A stretch of DNA of 64,000 bases. Source: Eledone cirrhosa (lineage: Eukaryota). The stretch is taken from the NCBI GenBank assembly GCA_964016885.1, contig OZ024755.1:36394001-36458000 (forward strand), in the 5' to 3' direction. The position numbers and the translations under genes are program-made. Below the pieces are notes generated by a model. The model saw nothing but the letters and a program-made list of their open reading frames with translations. It was not told where the DNA came from and searched no databases. This document shows, piece after piece, positions 60,301-64,000 of the stretch. Each line of letters starts with the position of its first letter. The stretch's first letter is position 1.

Positions 60301-63300
60301 CTGTACACAGTGGTGTAGATGTGTGACTGTATCAACACTGTACACAGTGGTGTAGATGTGACTGTATCAACACTGTACACAGTGGTGTAGATGTGTGACT
60401 GTATCAACACTGTACACAGTGGTGTAGATGTGACTGTATCAACACTGTACACAGTGGTGTAGATGTGTGACTGTATCAACACTGTACACAGTGGTGTAGA
60501 TGTGACTGTATCAACACTGTACACAGTGGTGTAGATGTGACTGTATCAACACTGTACACAGTGGTGTAAATGTGACTGTATCAACACTGTACACAGTGGT
60601 GTAGATGTGTGACTGTATCAACACTGTACACAGTGGTGTAGATGTGACTGTATCAACACTGTACACAAACAGTGTAGATGTGACTTTATCAACACTGTAC
60701 ACAGTGGTGTAGATGTGACTGTATCAACACTGTACACAGTGGTGTAGATGTGTGACTGTGTCAACACTGTACACAGTGGTGTAGATATGTGACTGTATCA
60801 ACACTGTACACAGTGGTGTAGATGTGACTGTATCAACACTGTACACAGTGGTGTAGATGTGTGACTGTATCAACACTGTACACAGTGGTGTAGATGTGTG
60901 ACTGTATCTACACTGTACACAGTGGTGTAGATGTGTGACTGTATCTACACTGTACACAGTGGTGTAGATGTGTGACTGTATCTACACTGTACTCAGTGGT
61001 GTAGATGTGTGACTGTATCAACACTGTACACAGTGGTGTAGATGTGTGACTGTATCTACACTGTACACAGTGGTGTAGATGTGTGACTGTATCAACACAG
61101 TACACAGTGGTGTAGATGTGTGACTGTATCTACACTGTACACAGTGGTGTAGATGTGACTGTATCAACACTGTACACAGTGGTGTAGATGTGTGACTGTA
61201 TCTACACTGTACACAGTGGTGTAGATGTGTGACTGTATCTACACTGTACACAGTGGTGTAGATATGTGATTGTATCAACACTGTACACAGTGGTGTAGAT
61301 GTGACTGTATCAACACTGTACACAGTGGTGTAGATGTGTGACTGTATCAACACTGTACACAGTGGTGTAGATGTGTGACTGTATCAACACTGTACACAGT
61401 GGTGTAGATGTGACTGTATCAACACTGTACACAGTGGTGTAGATGTGTGACTGTATCAACACTGTACACAGTGAAGATGTGTGACTGTATCTACACTGTA
61501 CACAGTGGTGTAGATGTGTGACTGTATCAACACTGTACACAAACAGTGTAGATGTGTGACTGTATCTACACTGTACACAGTGGTGTAGATGTGACTATAT
61601 CAACACTGTACACAGTGGTGTAGATGTGTGACTGTATCAACACTGTACACAGTGGTGTAGATGTGTGACTGTATCAACACTGTACACAGTGGTGTAGATG
61701 TGACTGTATCAACACTGTACACAGTGGTGTAGATGTGTGACTGTATCAACACTGTACACAGTGGTGTAGATGTGTGACTGTATCAACACTGTACACAGTG
61801 GTGTAGATGTGACTGTATCAACACTGTACACAGTGGTGTAGATGTGACTGTATCAACACTGTACACAGTGGTGTAGATGTGTGACTGTATCAACACTGTA
61901 CACAGTGTAGATGTCGACTGTATCTACACCGTACACAGTGGTGTAGATGTGTGACTGTATCAACACTGTACACAAACAGTGTAGATGTGTGACTGTATCT
62001 ACAATGTACACAGTGGTGTAGATGTGTGACAGTATCAACAACGTACACAGTGGTGTAGATGTGACTATATCAACACTGTACACAGTGGTGTAGATGTGTG
62101 ACTGTATCAACACTGTACACAGTGGTGTAGATGTGTGACTGTATCAACACTGTACACAGTGGTGTAGATCTGTGACTGTATCAACACTGTACACAGTGGT
62201 GTAGATGTGACTGTATCAACACTGTACACAGTGGTGTAGATGTGACTGTATCAACACTGTACACAGTGGTGTAGATGTGTGACTGTATCAACACTGTACA
62301 CAGTGGTGTAGATGTGACTGTATCAACACTGTACACAGTGGTGTAGATGTGTGACTGTATCAACACTGTACACAGTGGTGTAGATGTGTGACTGTATCAA
62401 CACTGTACACAGTGGTGTAGATGTGTGACTGTATCAACACTGTACACAGTGGTGTAGATGTGTGACTGTATCAACACTGTATACAGTGGTGTAGATGTGA
62501 CTGTATCAACACTGTACACAGTGGTGTAGATGTGACTGTATCAACACTGTTCACAGTGGTGTAGATGTGACTGTATCAACACTGTACACAGTGGTGTAGA
62601 TGTGTGACTGTATCAACACTGTACACAGTGGTGTAGATGTGACTGTATCAACACTGTACACAGTGGTGTAGATGTGTGACTGTATCAACACTGTACACAG
62701 TGGTGTAGATGTGACTGTATCAACACTGTACACAGTGGTGTAGATGTGTGACTGTATCAACACTGTACACAGTGGTGTAGATGTGACTGTATCAACACTG
62801 TACACAGTGGTGTAGATGTGACTGTATCAACACTGTACACAGTGGTGTAAATGTGACTGTATCAACACTGTACACAGTGGTGTAGATGTGCGACTGTATC
62901 AACACTGTACACAGTGGTGTAGATGTGACTGTATCAACACTGTACACAAACAGTGTAGATGTGACTGTATCAACACTGTACACAGTGGTGTAGATGTGAC
63001 TGTATCAACACTGTACACAGTGGTGTAGATGTGTGACTGTATCAACACTGTACACAGTGGTGTAGATGTGTGACTGTATCAACACTGTACACAGTGGTGT
63101 AGATGTGTGACTGTATCAACACTGTACACAGTGGTGTAGATGTGTGACTGTATCAACACTGTACACAGTGGTGTAGATGTGACTGTATCAACACTGTACA
63201 CAGTGGTGTAGATGTGTGACTGTATCAACACTGTACACAGTGGTGTAGATGTGACTGTATCAACACTGTACACAGTGGTGTAGATGTGTGACTGTATCAA

Positions 63301-64000
63301 CACTGTAGACAGTGGTGTAGATGTGACTGTATCAACACTATACACAGTGGTGTAGATGTGTGACTGTATCAACACTGTACACAGTGGTGTAGATGTGAGT
63401 GTATCAACACTGTACACAGTGGTGTAGATGTGACTGTATCAACACTGTACACAGTGGTGTAGATGTGACTGTATCAACACTGTACACAGTGGTGTAGATG
63501 TGACTGTATCAACACTGTACACAGTGGTGTAGATGTGTGACTGTATCAACACTGTACACAGTGGTGTAGATGTGTGACTGTATCAACACTGTACACAGTG
63601 GTGTAGATGTGTGACTGTATCAACACTGTACACAGTGGTGTAGATGTGACTGTATCAACACTGTACACAGTGGTGTAGATGTGTGACTGTATCAACACTG
63701 TACACAGTGGTGTAAATGTGACTGTATCAACACTGTACACAGTGGTGTAGATGTGTGACTGTATCAACACTACACAGTGGTGTAGATGTGACTGTATCAA
63801 CACTGTACACAAACAGTGTAGATGTGACTGTATCAACACTGTACACAGTGGTGTAGATGTGTGACTGTATCAACACTGTACACAGTGTAGATGTGTGACT
63901 GTATCAACACTGTACACAGTGGTGTAGATGTGTGACTGTATCAACACTGTACACAAACAGTGTAGATGTGTGACTGTATCAACACTGTACACACTGGTGT
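57400..64000. repeat. 35/37/39-bp satellite array, >6.6 kb, running off the window
   Basis: gtgtagatgt(gt)gactgtatcaacactgtacacagtg; contains the hairpin CACTGT-AC-ACAGTG. Confidence 0.97.

Noticed and set aside
57400-64000. CRISPR-like array of ~37-bp palindromic repeats
   Set aside because: No unique spacers, no cas genes, eukaryotic context; it is a tandem satellite. The same holds for the 45-bp and 49-bp arrays.

Overview
Repeat-dense, AT-rich animal DNA. The SINE/RTE/microsatellite repertoire suggests an octopod cephalopod, but this is inference. The only host coding sequence I can support is one 92-bp minus-strand exon of a Greatwall/MASTL-like kinase (36252-36343), so most of the window is probably very large intron. 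The rest is mobile DNA: an apparently full-length L1/Tx1-type LINE (about 12.0-18.2 kb, gag-like ORF1 plus intact APE-RT ORF2) sitting in an (AAT)n tract and nested in a zinc-finger RTE fragment; a 5'-truncated RTE with a PHD-like finger inserted after the RT (50.1-52.8 kb); many RTE and CR1 remnants; tRNA-derived SINEs that stack on each other; a TTAA-flanked piggyBac-like MITE family whose internal modules have expanded into satellites; non-autonomous Helitrons; a decayed Penelope-like element with a minimal hammerhead ribozyme motif; three fold-back hairpins; and about ten minisatellite arrays, including a >6.6-kb array with a ~2.65-kb higher-order duplication. Nearly all ORFs in the ORF track are repeat artefacts. 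Element boundaries were read by eye and are approximate.
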